DNA of 38,970 bases from a virus, in the IMG/VR virus record IMGVR_UViG_3300045988_077187, positions 1-38,970 of that record. One strand, given 5' to 3'. How positions within the stretch are numbered: position 1 is the first letter of the stretch; every line of letters begins with the position of its first letter. Positions 22,007 through 31,336 of the stretch are shown here, piece by piece. The position numbers and the translations under genes were made by a program. Below the pieces are notes generated by a model. It ran no database searches and was not told where the DNA came from. It saw nothing but the letters and a program-made list of their open reading frames with translations.

Positions 22007-22746
22007 GGCTTGATTTCAAGGGCTTCGAGCTGAAATCCCTTGATGACAGTCAAGGCGAGGGCGTGTTCAGCGGTTACGCCTCGACGTGGGACAAGGATTT
22101 GTACGATGACGTGATCGTCAAGGGCGCTTTTGCCGATACTTTGCAGAACGATTTCCAAGGTTCCGGCGCGGGCATTCCGATCCACTGGCAGCACAAGGAC
22201 GACAAGCCGACCGACATCATCGGCGAGACGTTGAGCGCTGTGGAGGACGAGCATGGACTGCTCGTCACCGCCCGTCTTGATCTTGACCTTCAGGAAGGCA
22301 AGCGCGCCTATGAGCTGCTGCAGCGTGGCCTTATCCATCAGATGAGCATCGGCTTCATCGCCGAGGAGACCGCTTTCGTGCAGGACGGTAAGAGCGCTTG
22401 GGACGGTTACCGTGAGATTCGTCAGGTGAAATTGTTCGAGATTTCCCTCGTGCAGGTCGCCGCGAACCAGGGCGCCGAAGTGCTTGAAGTCAAGAGCGGT
22501 AGAGCCATCAGTGCCTCCAACGAGAGCAAGCTCCGTGCCGCTCTCGACAGCCTGCACGAGGTTCTTGATGGCATCGATTCCGACAACAGGAAGCCGGACG
22601 ATTCGTCCGATGACTCCACGGATGATTCCAGCGACGAGCCGGACGATTCCACGGATGACCCGAAGAAGAAAGACCAGAAAAGCTTTGACCCGCAGTGGGC
22701 CAAGGAATATCAAACCATCAGCGACTTCTTCTCGCTGGAACACTAA
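22003..22746 (+). CDS. Prohead protease (HK97 / S78-like) with acidic repeat tail
   Basis: GVFSGYASTWDKDLYDDVIVKGAF...IPIHWQHK...IHQMSIGF...EISLV. C-terminal DDSSDDSTDDSSDEPDDSTDD. Start at the ATGA overlap with the portal stop. Confidence 0.85.
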   Translation: MRLDFKGFELKSLDDSQGEGVFSGYASTWDKDLYDDVIVKGAFADTLQNDFQGSGAGIPIHWQHKDDKPTDIIGETLSAVEDEHGLLVTARLDLDLQEGKRAYELLQRGLIHQMSIGFIAEETAFVQDGKSAWDGYREIRQVKLFEISLVQVAANQGAEVLEVKSGRAISASNESKLRAALDSLHEVLDGIDSDNRKPDDSSDDSTDDSSDEPDDSTDDPKKKDQKSFDPQWAKEYQTISDFFSLEH

Positions 22747-22760
22747 CCGAAAGGGGTGCC

Positions 22761-23957
22761 ATGAATCTCATGGACAATCTCGCCGCCGAGAAGAAGGCGG
22801 CACAGGCCATCCTCGCCAAGGGAATGGATAACATCACCGAAAAGGAGCAGGAGGAACTCAAGCAGCATTACGCCGAGGCGAAGAAGCTGCAGGAGCGTAT
22901 CGACCTGTTCAAGGAAGCCGGCGAAGGGCTCGACCGTCTCGCCGGAACCTCGAAGACCGAACGTAAGGGCGTCGAGGCGAAGACCCTCGGCGACTTCTAC
23001 GTCAAGTCCCTGCAGGAGAAGGGCTTGAGCGTGCTCGCAACCAAGGGAGGACTGTTCTCCACACCGGAATTCAAGGCCGCGTCTGATACCCATGCCGAGG
23101 GTGGTGCCGGTTACGCGCCGTTCCTCACCGAAACCGATCAGAACGGCGTATGGCCGTATGAGCGTCCGCTCGTCATCGCCGACCTTTTCGCGTCCGGCAC
23201 CATGAGCGGCACCACCATCAAATATCCGGTCTACGGCTCCCTCGAAGGCAACGCCACCACCGTCGCCGAGGGCGCGCAGAAGCCTCAGATTCACATGCCT
23301 GATCCGACTTGGGTGTCCGACAGCCTGCACGAGGTCGCCGCATGGTGGAAGATCACAGACGATATGGCGGAAGACCTGCCGTTCGTCGTGTCCGAGATTA
23401 ACCAGCACGCACAGTACAACCTGAAGCTGCAGGAGGAGATTCAACTCCTGTCCGGCGATGGCACCGACCCGAATCTCAATGGCATTCTGAACCGCGAAAT
23501 CCAGACCAAGGCGCAGGCCGACGATTCCGACCCCGACCGTATCTTCGCGGCCACCACGGATATCGCCACCGCGACCGGCTTCTCCGCCGACGCCGTGGTC
23601 ATCAACCCTGCCGACTATCAGACAATCCGCCTGTCCAAGGACGCGAACGGCCAGTATTTCGGCGGTGGCTTCTTCGCCGGCCAGTACGGCAACGGCGGCA
23701 TCATGCAGAACCCGCCGCTGTGGGGACTGCGCACCGTCGTCACCGAGGCGATGACCAAGGGGACCGTGCTCGTCGGCGCGTTCAAGGCCGGCGGCACCAT
23801 CTACCGCAAGGGCGGCCTGACCGTCGAATCCACCAACAGCCACGAAAACGACTTCACCAACGACAAGATCACGTTCCGAGTTAAGGAACGCCTCGCCCTG
23901 CAGGTCAAGTACCCCAAGGCTTTCGTCAAGGTGTCCCTCGGCAAGGCCGGAAAGTGA
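22761..23957 (+). CDS. Major capsid protein (HK97 fold) with N-terminal coiled-coil delta domain
   Basis: 398 aa after the protease. N-terminal EKEQEELKQHYAEAKKLQERIDLFKE. No separate scaffold gene. Confidence 0.85.
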   Translation: MNLMDNLAAEKKAAQAILAKGMDNITEKEQEELKQHYAEAKKLQERIDLFKEAGEGLDRLAGTSKTERKGVEAKTLGDFYVKSLQEKGLSVLATKGGLFSTPEFKAASDTHAEGGAGYAPFLTETDQNGVWPYERPLVIADLFASGTMSGTTIKYPVYGSLEGNATTVAEGAQKPQIHMPDPTWVSDSLHEVAAWWKITDDMAEDLPFVVSEINQHAQYNLKLQEEIQLLSGDGTDPNLNGILNREIQTKAQADDSDPDRIFAATTDIATATGFSADAVVINPADYQTIRLSKDANGQYFGGGFFAGQYGNGGIMQNPPLWGLRTVVTEAMTKGTVLVGAFKAGGTIYRKGGLTVESTNSHENDFTNDKITFRVKERLALQVKYPKAFVKVSLGKAGK

Positions 23958-24313
23958 GGCGAACCGTGAAGCAGTATCGGCTGGCCGACACATCCAAGGC
24001 CAAGGTGGACGCTTCGACTTACATTGAGGACGTGCTCTTCGTGGACGGCAACGACAGGCCGGTAAACGTCACCGGCGGTTCCACTTCCACGCCGTATGTG
24101 CTTCCCGCTGCCGCTGAGAACGCTCTCGGTGGCGTGAAGCTGGCGAATGTCACGATCTCCGGCACTGCGAACGCCTCCGTCGCGGCTGCGGCCTCCACCG
24201 CTCCGACGAAGGCAGAGTACGACGCGCTCGTTGGCGCTTACAACGATCTGGCGCAGCGTGTCAATGCTCTTGTGGCTGGTCTTGTGGCTGCTGGCGTGGT
24301 GAAGACGAGCTGA
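23954..24313 (+). CDS. Head fibre / decoration-like protein
   Basis: LPAAAENALGGVKLA...APTKAEYDALVGAYNDLAQRVNALVAGLVAAGVV, a motif pattern seen in phage head-fibre proteins. Start is either GTG 23954 or GTG 23966. Confidence 0.55.
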   Translation: MRRTVKQYRLADTSKAKVDASTYIEDVLFVDGNDRPVNVTGGSTSTPYVLPAAAENALGGVKLANVTISGTANASVAAAASTAPTKAEYDALVGAYNDLAQRVNALVAGLVAAGVVKTS

Positions 24314-24327
24314 GACGGGAGGTCGGC

Positions 24328-24843
24328 ATGAGTGAAGTGAATGTGATTCCTGACATGATTGCCGACCCTTCGGCTTTCGAGGATGACGCCGAGTTCCGGA
24401 TCAGGGCCGCGCAGGCGGCCATCCGCCGTGAATGTGGCTGGCATGTCATGCCGAACGCGGCCTTGACGGGAACGCTGAACACTCGCGGCGGCACGGTTAT
24501 CCGGCTGCCCGCACGTCATGTGACGAGCATCGAATCCCTGACCGACCGTCAGGGCAATCCACTGGCCTACGCCTATGACCCGGAAACCGGTCTCGTGGAG
24601 TCGCTTTCCGGTGGCTTCCCGGCCGGTGTTGCGGCCATCCGCTACGCGATCCATGCCGGCTATGATGACGCGCCTGACGTGCAGCAGGTGCTCATCAGTG
24701 CCGCGAAGCGAGCTGGCATGAGCCCGATCGGGCTCGTCACCTCGCAGTCCACCAACGGCTCCAGCGCGAGCTTCGACGTGGTGTCGCTCATGCAGGCGGA
24801 GAAGGACAAGCTCAAACCCTACAGGCTTGGAGGATTGCCATGA
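24328..24843 (+). CDS. Head-tail connector (gp6-like)
   Basis: Call based on position and size. RBS GGGAGG. Confidence 0.6.
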   Translation: MSEVNVIPDMIADPSAFEDDAEFRIRAAQAAIRRECGWHVMPNAALTGTLNTRGGTVIRLPARHVTSIESLTDRQGNPLAYAYDPETGLVESLSGGFPAGVAAIRYAIHAGYDDAPDVQQVLISAAKRAGMSPIGLVTSQSTNGSSASFDVVSLMQAEKDKLKPYRLGGLP

Positions 24844-25235
24844 GCCTGCTTGACGACATGAATGCCGGTGGCGGCGGATGGCGTATGCCGGGCGCCACCA
24901 AATGGCGGCGACTGCGTGCGAGGAAAGTCGATGACCCGTATTCCGGCGAGCAGGCTGGCGAGGACTGGTCCAATCCGGAAACTTTGGATTTCACCGGCGC
25001 CCTCGCCAGCTCCAGCAGCACGCGCACGCCCGACGGTCTGCGCGAGCATACCACGAGCACGGCTTACCTCACGTCTCCTGACACGTCCTTGGACATCATG
25101 CCGGGTGACAGGATTCGAGCGTTGCCGGATGACGGGCGATGTTGGGAGGTCAGCGGCTATCCGAGTCGTGACGCGAATGCTTTCGTGTCATGGCAGCCGA
25201 CGGTCGAGATTCCACTATCCGAGTACAGGGGGTGA
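24840..25235 (+). CDS. Head-tail adaptor / head closure protein
   Basis: Call based on position and size. ATGA overlap. Confidence 0.55.
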   Translation: MSLLDDMNAGGGGWRMPGATKWRRLRARKVDDPYSGEQAGEDWSNPETLDFTGALASSSSTRTPDGLREHTTSTAYLTSPDTSLDIMPGDRIRALPDDGRCWEVSGYPSRDANAFVSWQPTVEIPLSEYRG

Positions 25236-25239
25236 CGTG

Positions 25240-25518
25240 ATGGGTGTGATGGTCAAATTCAATGACCGTTATTTCGACGAATTGATGAATTCGGCTGGCG
25301 TCAAGGCCATGACCCGTCGTGCCGCCGAGAAGACGCTCGCATATGCGCAATCGCATGCTCCGGTTGATACTGGAGCGTATCGCGATGGCCTCCAAATCGA
25401 GGAGGTCAAGCACGCGCATCGAACCACATGCATGGTGGTCGGCACTGATCCGAAGACCCTGCTCGTGGAATCGAAGACTGGCAATCTCCGCAAGGCGTTG
25501 AAGGCAGGCAAGTCGTGA
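25240..25518 (+). CDS. HK97 gp10-like tail-joining protein
   Basis: AEKTLAYAQSHAPVDTGAYRDGL is characteristic of the HK97 gp10 family. Confidence 0.65.
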   Translation: MGVMVKFNDRYFDELMNSAGVKAMTRRAAEKTLAYAQSHAPVDTGAYRDGLQIEEVKHAHRTTCMVVGTDPKTLLVESKTGNLRKALKAGKS

Positions 25519-25934
25519 CCATGGTCCTGCCACCGGATCTTGAGCTTTGGCTGTGCTCGTATCTGCGCGCACGGTTGAAATCGTCTTTCCCGACGATCAT
25601 CGTTTCGAATCGTGAGCCGGACGATTACGACGGCTCACGGCCGCTCGTCGTGGTGCGTGATGATGGCGGATCGCAGTCGAATCGCGTGCTCTTCGACCGG
25701 AGCGTCGGCGTGACCGTGCGTTATGGGGCTCGTGCCGCTCCGAAATCCTGCCGTGACTTGGCGGCACGGATCTACGGCATGCTCACCGACCCCGATATTT
25801 GCTCGCTTGATGGTTCTCCGATCGCGGGCATTGATGAGGCTGGGTGCAATGGTCCGTATTTCGTGGCCGAGGACGCGAATATCGCCAGATGCTATCTGGC
25901 TCTCGAATTCTCCGCTATTGGAAAATTCCAATAA
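25515..25934 (+). CDS. Tail completion / tail terminator-like protein
   Basis: Positioned before the major tail gene. GTGA overlap. Confidence 0.55.
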   Translation: MTMVLPPDLELWLCSYLRARLKSSFPTIIVSNREPDDYDGSRPLVVVRDDGGSQSNRVLFDRSVGVTVRYGARAAPKSCRDLAARIYGMLTDPDICSLDGSPIAGIDEAGCNGPYFVAEDANIARCYLALEFSAIGKFQ

Positions 25935-25955
25935 TTCAATAATTCTTAATTTTTA

Positions 25956-25987
25956 GGCGTTGAAACGTTTGTTTCAGCGCCTTTTTT
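25956..25987 (+). terminator. Intrinsic terminator just upstream of the major tail gene
   Basis: GGCGTTGAAAC-GTTT-GTTTCAGCGCC (11-bp stem with one G-U pair) followed by TTTTTT. Confidence 0.75.
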
Positions 25988-26004
25988 GTTTGAAAGGACA
26001 AAAT

Positions 26005-26658
26005 ATGGCAGCTGATTCAGCAGGCAATGACCTTAGCGCCGCGAAGATCGTGGTGACAAGCGCCTTCTACGTCGCACCTTATGATGCGACGCAGAAGCTG
26101 ACCTCCAATCTCATCGCGCCGACCGTGGCCGACGTGAAGACCGGCTTGGACAAGATTTTCACCAAGGGTGGCTTCGTCGGCCTTATCACCGAGGATGGTG
26201 CCCCGCAGGACAGCCGTGACGCCGATGATGCGATCAAATTCCACCAGCCTGGATATTCGATTAATGGCAAGGCGTCGCTGACCACGCAGTTCACCGTGGC
26301 CGAGGATAACGACATCACGCGCCAGATGACCATCGGCAAGCCGGACTCCAGTGGCGTGTATCACGTGACCGATGTGATTCAGGACGGCAAGTGGTTCTGT
26401 TATCAGGAGACGGTGTTCAAGAACGGCACGCACCGCCGCCGTCTGGGTGTCGTGAATCTGACCGGCAACGAGCAGGGTCAGGAGACCTCCGGCAAGAACA
26501 CCGGTGACGCTTGGACCATCGAATGGATTCAGGACGACGCCTGCGATTCCGGCAACAGCAAGTATTTGGAGTCCTTCGTGACTCCGACTGTTTCATCCGG
26601 TCCTCATACCGATGGTCATCAGGCTGATGATTCCGAGTCTCAGCCGGTCACCGACTGA
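26005..26658 (+). CDS. Major tail protein
   Basis: 217 aa, directly upstream of the G/GT chaperone pair. RBS GAAAGGA. Confidence 0.75.
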   Translation: MAADSAGNDLSAAKIVVTSAFYVAPYDATQKLTSNLIAPTVADVKTGLDKIFTKGGFVGLITEDGAPQDSRDADDAIKFHQPGYSINGKASLTTQFTVAEDNDITRQMTIGKPDSSGVYHVTDVIQDGKWFCYQETVFKNGTHRRRLGVVNLTGNEQGQETSGKNTGDAWTIEWIQDDACDSGNSKYLESFVTPTVSSGPHTDGHQADDSESQPVTD

Positions 26659-26773
26659 CGTTGATTCTTCCCATCATGTGTTTCTTTCTTCCTTTCTTCG
26701 CATGTGCTGGGATTCTTCCTCTTCATCCAGTGAAGCAAAGGAAAAATTTTTAGTCGTTTGAAAGAAGGAAGAA

Positions 26774-27193
26774 ATGACCAAGAATGTGATGCCCTCCGCC
26801 GCCGATTTCGGAGCCTGGACTCAGGAGGACGAGGAGAAGGCGCTTGAAGCGTCGGCCGAGCGGATGAAGGTGAAGCACCTCATCAAGGACGACGGCGTGT
26901 GGTTCCTCGCACCGCACGGCCACATTTACAAGCTGCCTCTGAATCTCAGCATCGATGATTTCGTGCGCCTGTCCGACCTGCAGTCCAACACGGAGCAGAT
27001 TCAGACTTTGAAGGATATTCTCGCGGCTTTTGCTGGCGAGGATGCGGCCAAGGAGTTGGCGAAGGAGCCGGCAATGGTTCCATTCAACATCCTCAACGAT
27101 TACGGCGAGGTTTTGGCGAAGATTCAGGGTGTGGAATTGGGAAAATCGTCGGCTTCTGCCAGCTCCTCCAAGGAGACGGTGGCAGTCGAATAA
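26774..27193 (+). CDS. Tail assembly chaperone (gpG-like)
   Basis: 139-aa acidic protein between the major tail protein and the tape measure. Contains the slippery site near its 3' end. Confidence 0.8.
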   Translation: MTKNVMPSAADFGAWTQEDEEKALEASAERMKVKHLIKDDGVWFLAPHGHIYKLPLNLSIDDFVRLSDLQSNTEQIQTLKDILAAFAGEDAAKELAKEPAMVPFNILNDYGEVLAKIQGVELGKSSASASSSKETVAVE

Positions 27194-27510
27194 GGGCTGA
27201 TTTCGCGGCTCGCGGGTGGAGTCTGCAGGCTGATTTAGGCGGCAGACTCCGCTACTGCGACGCGATCGCATTGTGGGAGAACCTTTCGGCCGACCCGAAC
27301 ACTTACACCGGCATGACTGCGGTGCATATGGTGCTGCCGATGGATGCGACGGCTATCATCACCGCGATTCAGGCTGGCGGCACGTCGATTCTTGGCGACC
27401 TCGCGCCGGAAAAGGCTGGGGAGAAGCATGTCGAGGTGGCCGATGAGGAGCGTCGTGCGGCTTTGGCGTCGATGAGCAGCATCTTCGGCTTCAAAAAAAC
27501 AAGTGAATAG
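26774..27510 (+). CDS. Tail assembly chaperone -1 frameshift product (gpGT-like)
   Basis: My hand translation shows the -1 frame is open from at least 27061 through 27510. The shift would occur at GGGAAAA (27139-27145). Confidence 0.7.
27139..27145 (+). promoter_or_regulatory. -1 programmed frameshift heptamer G GGA AAA
   Basis: X XXY YYZ pattern in the zero frame of gene G (GGA 27140-27142, AAA 27143-27145). Confidence 0.7.
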
Positions 27511-27521
27511 AGGAGGCTGTC

Positions 27522-30491
27522 ATGGCTGGCGGTAGCGAGCTTGGATCCGCGCATGTGAGCATTTTCCCGCAGATGAAGGGCTTCCGCCAGAATGTGGCCA
27601 AGGAGACCGGCAAGGCCGTCTCCGACATGAAAAACTCCTTCACGAAGGGCTTCAATGGCGCGCAGCAGGGCAAGCAGATCGGCAGCGCCTTCAAAAGCGG
27701 TTTCAACAGTGGTGCGGCCGAGCTGAATTCCGAAACCCTGAAGTCCTTTAAAAAGGACGTGGCGCAAGCCTCGCAAAAGAATACGGACGCCTTGCTGAAA
27801 TTCAAGGCGGCTGGCGTGCAGGTGCAGGCCGCTCAGGAAAAGCTGAACGCGGCCACACAGAAATATGGCGCGGACAGCACGCAGGCTCAGGCTGCGGCCA
27901 TCAAACTCGAACAAGCTCAAATCAAACAGAAGACGGCGGCTGACAATCTCAAGGCGGCGTCCGACAATCTCAAGACGGCGCAGGGACGGCTCAAGGACCT
28001 CGAAACGCAATTGGCGGACGAATCCGACAAGTCCAAGAATGCGTTCAGCCGTCTGGCGTCCGGCTTCACCTCAACGGCACAGCAGATCGTCGGCAAGATT
28101 CCAGGCGTGAACGCGGCGGTGCAGAAGATCAGTTCGACGGCTGGCGATGTCACGTCCAACATCAAAAGCAAGTTTTCGGCTGCTTGGAATGCTTTGCCGG
28201 AGGGTGCGCGTAATGCGGCCGCGAAGGCCGGTAATGCGTTGCATTCGGGTTTGAGCAAGGCTTCCGGGTTCGCTTCGAAGGCGGTGTCCGGCATCGGCAA
28301 GGCGGCTAAGGGCATGGCCACCGTCGTGTCCGGCGCCGCTGCCGCCGCTGGCGGATATCTGGTGAATTTCGGCAAGCAGGCCGTGGATGCGGCTCTCAAG
28401 GCCGGTGAGGTGACCGCGAAATTCCAGCAGGTCGCCAAGAACAATAACTGGAGTGATGAAGAGCAGAAGTCGCTGCTCAGCCTGAATAAGACGCTTGGAC
28501 AGACCGGCGTCATATCCGGTGGCACACTCAAGGCCGCTCAGGCGCAGTTGGGTACTTTCGCGCTGACCGCCGATCAGGTCAAGACTTTGACGCCCGCTTT
28601 GGCGGACATGATAGCCAACAACAAGGGCTATAACGCGACGGCTCAGGATGGCGTGCAGATCGCGAATCTGCTCGGCAAGGTCATGACCGGCAGCGCTACC
28701 GCGCTGAGCAAATATGGCGTGACCATGACGGACGCGCAGAAAAAAGTCCTTCAGGAAGGTAGCGCGTCCGAGAAGGCCGCCATGGCCGCGAAGGTCCTGG
28801 AAGCGAATTTCGGCGGCATCAACAAGGCTCTTGCGGAGACTCCGCAGGGCAAGATGACCATCCTGCAGCATGAGATTGCCGGTTTGAAGACTTCGGTCGG
28901 CAATGATCTCATCCAGGCTTTCGGTGGTGTCGGTGGCGCTGTCATCAAGATGGTGCAGGCCGTCGAACCGCTCATCACCGCGCTGTTTGACAAGATCGCT
29001 CAGCTGGCGCAGAAGATCGGCCCGCCGCTTGAAAAAGTGTTCGGCGCTGTCGCTGACAAGATCAGCAAAATCAATTTCAGCGGCTTCACGGGCCAATTGT
29101 CTGGATTGTCCGGCCCTATCGCAGCCGTGACTGGTCTGCTTGGCGCGGCTGGTCTTGGCGGCGCTTTGAGCGGATTGAGTGGCGTGCCGGTGATTGGCGG
29201 ATTGCTGTCGAAGTTCGGCGGCGTCCTGAGTGGTCTTGGTGGTCCTGTCACTTTGGTGATTGGCGCTCTGGCCGGCCTTATCGCCACGAGCCCGCAATTG
29301 CGCAGCGAATTCGGCACGATGCTGCAGAACGTTTTCGTCAGCTTGCAGCAGGCATTCCAAATGCTTCAGCCGTCGATTCAGACGCTCATGACGGCTTTGA
29401 GTCAATTGGCGGCAGCTGTCATGCCGGTAATCGCCAATCTCGTCGGCCAGATAATCCCGCTGCTGACGCCGATAATCTCCACGCTTGTGGGTGCTTTGGT
29501 GCCGGCCATTCAAGGCATTCTGACCGTGGTGACCACCGTCATTCAGGCGATAACTCCGGCCATCCAAGGAGTCCAGCCGGTTGTCACGGCGGTGGTCGCG
29601 GCCATCACGGCTGTGATTCAGGCGCTCACGCCGGTCATCTCGCAGATCAGCAGTCTCATCACTGACGTGGTGGCTGCCATCACGCCGGTGATTCAGGGCC
29701 TTGAGCCTTTGGTTACGACGGTGGTGCAGGCGATTACCAGCGTGATTCAGGCTCTGGTGCCGGTGATTCAAGCTCTCGCACCATTGGTGTCCACCATCAT
29801 TTCCGCGATCGTCGGCTTCATTAGCTCGACGCTTCTGCCGACCGTGCAGGCCATGCTGCCGTTCATCCAGGGCGTCATCAACGGGATCGCTTCGGTCGTC
29901 AGCGGCATTGTCAATGTGATCCAGGGCGTCATCAACATGGTGACTGGCATCATCAACGGCAATTGGTCGCAGGCGTGGAATGGATTCAGGCAGATCGTGC
30001 ATGGTGCCGTACAGGGCGTGCTTGGCTTCCTTGGCGGCATCGGCAGCGCCATCATGGGCTGCTTCTCCGGTGCTGGCGCATGGCTGTGGAACGCTGGCGC
30101 GAGCATCATCAATGGTCTGCTCAATGGACTGAGATCCGCATTCGGCCGAGTGAAGAGCTTTGTGAGTGGCATAGGCGATTGGATTGTCAGGCATAAGGGT
30201 CCGCTCAGCTACGACAAGGTGATGCTTAAGCCTGCTGGCTTGGCGATCATGCAGGGCTTTGACAAGAGTCTCAAGGCTGGCTGGAAGGACGTGCAGCGCA
30301 CCGTGAATGGCATGAATGCGCAGATCAATGGCGGTTTCGACGTGGATGCGTCGAAGTCGGGGCGCGCGAATGTCAGCAATGGCGGTGGTTCGACCACGTA
30401 TGTCCAGCAGACCTTCAACTATCCGGCGATCGCTCCGACGTGCATCAGCACGCAGCAACGATTGCAGACGGCGGCGATGCCGCAATGGTGA
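27522..30491 (+). CDS. Tape measure protein
   Basis: 989 aa, Ala/Gly/Val-rich with repeated IQA(L/I)xP(V/A) helical repeats. Position after G/GT. Confidence 0.9.
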   Translation: MAGGSELGSAHVSIFPQMKGFRQNVAKETGKAVSDMKNSFTKGFNGAQQGKQIGSAFKSGFNSGAAELNSETLKSFKKDVAQASQKNTDALLKFKAAGVQVQAAQEKLNAATQKYGADSTQAQAAAIKLEQAQIKQKTAADNLKAASDNLKTAQGRLKDLETQLADESDKSKNAFSRLASGFTSTAQQIVGKIPGVNAAVQKISSTAGDVTSNIKSKFSAAWNALPEGARNAAAKAGNALHSGLSKASGFASKAVSGIGKAAKGMATVVSGAAAAAGGYLVNFGKQAVDAALKAGEVTAKFQQVAKNNNWSDEEQKSLLSLNKTLGQTGVISGGTLKAAQAQLGTFALTADQVKTLTPALADMIANNKGYNATAQDGVQIANLLGKVMTGSATALSKYGVTMTDAQKKVLQEGSASEKAAMAAKVLEANFGGINKALAETPQGKMTILQHEIAGLKTSVGNDLIQAFGGVGGAVIKMVQAVEPLITALFDKIAQLAQKIGPPLEKVFGAVADKISKINFSGFTGQLSGLSGPIAAVTGLLGAAGLGGALSGLSGVPVIGGLLSKFGGVLSGLGGPVTLVIGALAGLIATSPQLRSEFGTMLQNVFVSLQQAFQMLQPSIQTLMTALSQLAAAVMPVIANLVGQIIPLLTPIISTLVGALVPAIQGILTVVTTVIQAITPAIQGVQPVVTAVVAAITAVIQALTPVISQISSLITDVVAAITPVIQGLEPLVTTVVQAITSVIQALVPVIQALAPLVSTIISAIVGFISSTLLPTVQAMLPFIQGVINGIASVVSGIVNVIQGVINMVTGIINGNWSQAWNGFRQIVHGAVQGVLGFLGGIGSAIMGCFSGAGAWLWNAGASIINGLLNGLRSAFGRVKSFVSGIGDWIVRHKGPLSYDKVMLKPAGLAIMQGFDKSLKAGWKDVQRTVNGMNAQINGGFDVDASKSGRANVSNGGGSTTYVQQTFNYPAIAPTCISTQQRLQTAAMPQW

Positions 30492-30515
30492 CACACAAGT
30501 GAAAAGGGTGGTGCA

Positions 30516-31334
30516 ATGATTCTCACGGATTATCTCATCAATGGTCAGCAGCTGACTGGTGAGCGTTCGAGTCTGATAGTCGGCACCACCCATTTCACGA
30601 GCATCAGCCCGCGTATTGATTCCGTGACGGTGAACGGCCGGTCCGGCGTCATGCTTCCGGCTGGGCCGGTGGCTTTCGATGCGCCGGAAATCACGTTGAA
30701 ATTCATTACGGGCGGGCTTGATGCGGATACTTTGATGCACCGCTTTTATCGGCTCTGCCGCCTTGCGTCCGAGTTGACTCGTGTGGAGCGTGACGTGTCC
30801 ACTGGTCTGACGCGACGCATGACCGCCAAGGCCGTGTGCACGTCCTGTCAGCCGGACGGTGACGAAATACCATGGAGCAATCATCGTGCCGCCACGGCTG
30901 TCTTTCAACTGCCTGACGTGTTTTGGCAGGGTGATTGGCAGACTGCCAAGCTTCCCGCTGCGGGCGGCGTATTCCTTCACGGCGAGGCCAAGCCCGGCAG
31001 TGAGGGGTGGTATTCCAATGCTCCGCTGCTTAATCTCATCCTCCGTTTTTCTAACGTGTCGTCCGTGACTGTGTCCGACCCGGTGACCGGCACGGATATT
31101 AAGTGGAGCGGGCCGAATGCGTCGAATCTTTATCTTGATGCCGGTAATCGTCGCGCGTGGACCGCAGGTGGCAATAACGCTTGGACTGGTGGCACTGATG
31201 TGACTGCTGGCATTGATTGGACGAGCGAACCGTTGCAGGTGTGGCCTGCCGCCGATTCCGGCAGCTACGCGCTGCAGGTCAAACAGTCCAGTACGTCTGC
31301 GGTGACGTGCCGTTTCAAACCTTCCTGGGAGTGA
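30516..31334 (+). CDS. Distal tail protein (Dit-like)
   Basis: 272 aa, immediately after the TMP. Confidence 0.65.
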   Translation: MILTDYLINGQQLTGERSSLIVGTTHFTSISPRIDSVTVNGRSGVMLPAGPVAFDAPEITLKFITGGLDADTLMHRFYRLCRLASELTRVERDVSTGLTRRMTAKAVCTSCQPDGDEIPWSNHRAATAVFQLPDVFWQGDWQTAKLPAAGGVFLHGEAKPGSEGWYSNAPLLNLILRFSNVSSVTVSDPVTGTDIKWSGPNASNLYLDAGNRRAWTAGGNNAWTGGTDVTAGIDWTSEPLQVWPAADSGSYALQVKQSSTSAVTCRFKPSWE

Positions 31335-31336
31335 TT

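Noticed and set aside
22560-22680. Nucleotide repeats (CCGGACGATTC...ACGGATGA) in the protease C-terminus as a regulatory or variable element
   Set aside because: They simply encode a low-complexity acidic tail (DDSSDDSTDDSSDEPDDSTDD), and nothing suggests a function beyond the protein level.
26659-26773. CT-rich spacer with GATTCTTCC repeats between the major tail and chaperone genes
   Set aside because: The repeats are short and imperfect and have no obvious structure or phasing. This is probably just a pyrimidine-rich spacer, and I have insufficient evidence to call a feature.
28071-30980. 969-aa ORF on the minus strand opposite the tape measure gene. Similar long antisense ORFs occur at 76-1170 (+), 7992-9026 (-), 19636-20730 (-), 22743-23993 (-), 33140-33949 (-) and 37647-38585 (-).
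   Set aside because: These are typical shadow ORFs of GC-rich DNA. Their translations are Arg/Ala/Gly/His-rich and low in complexity, they have no RBS, and each lies antisense to a gene with recognisable motifs and operon context.
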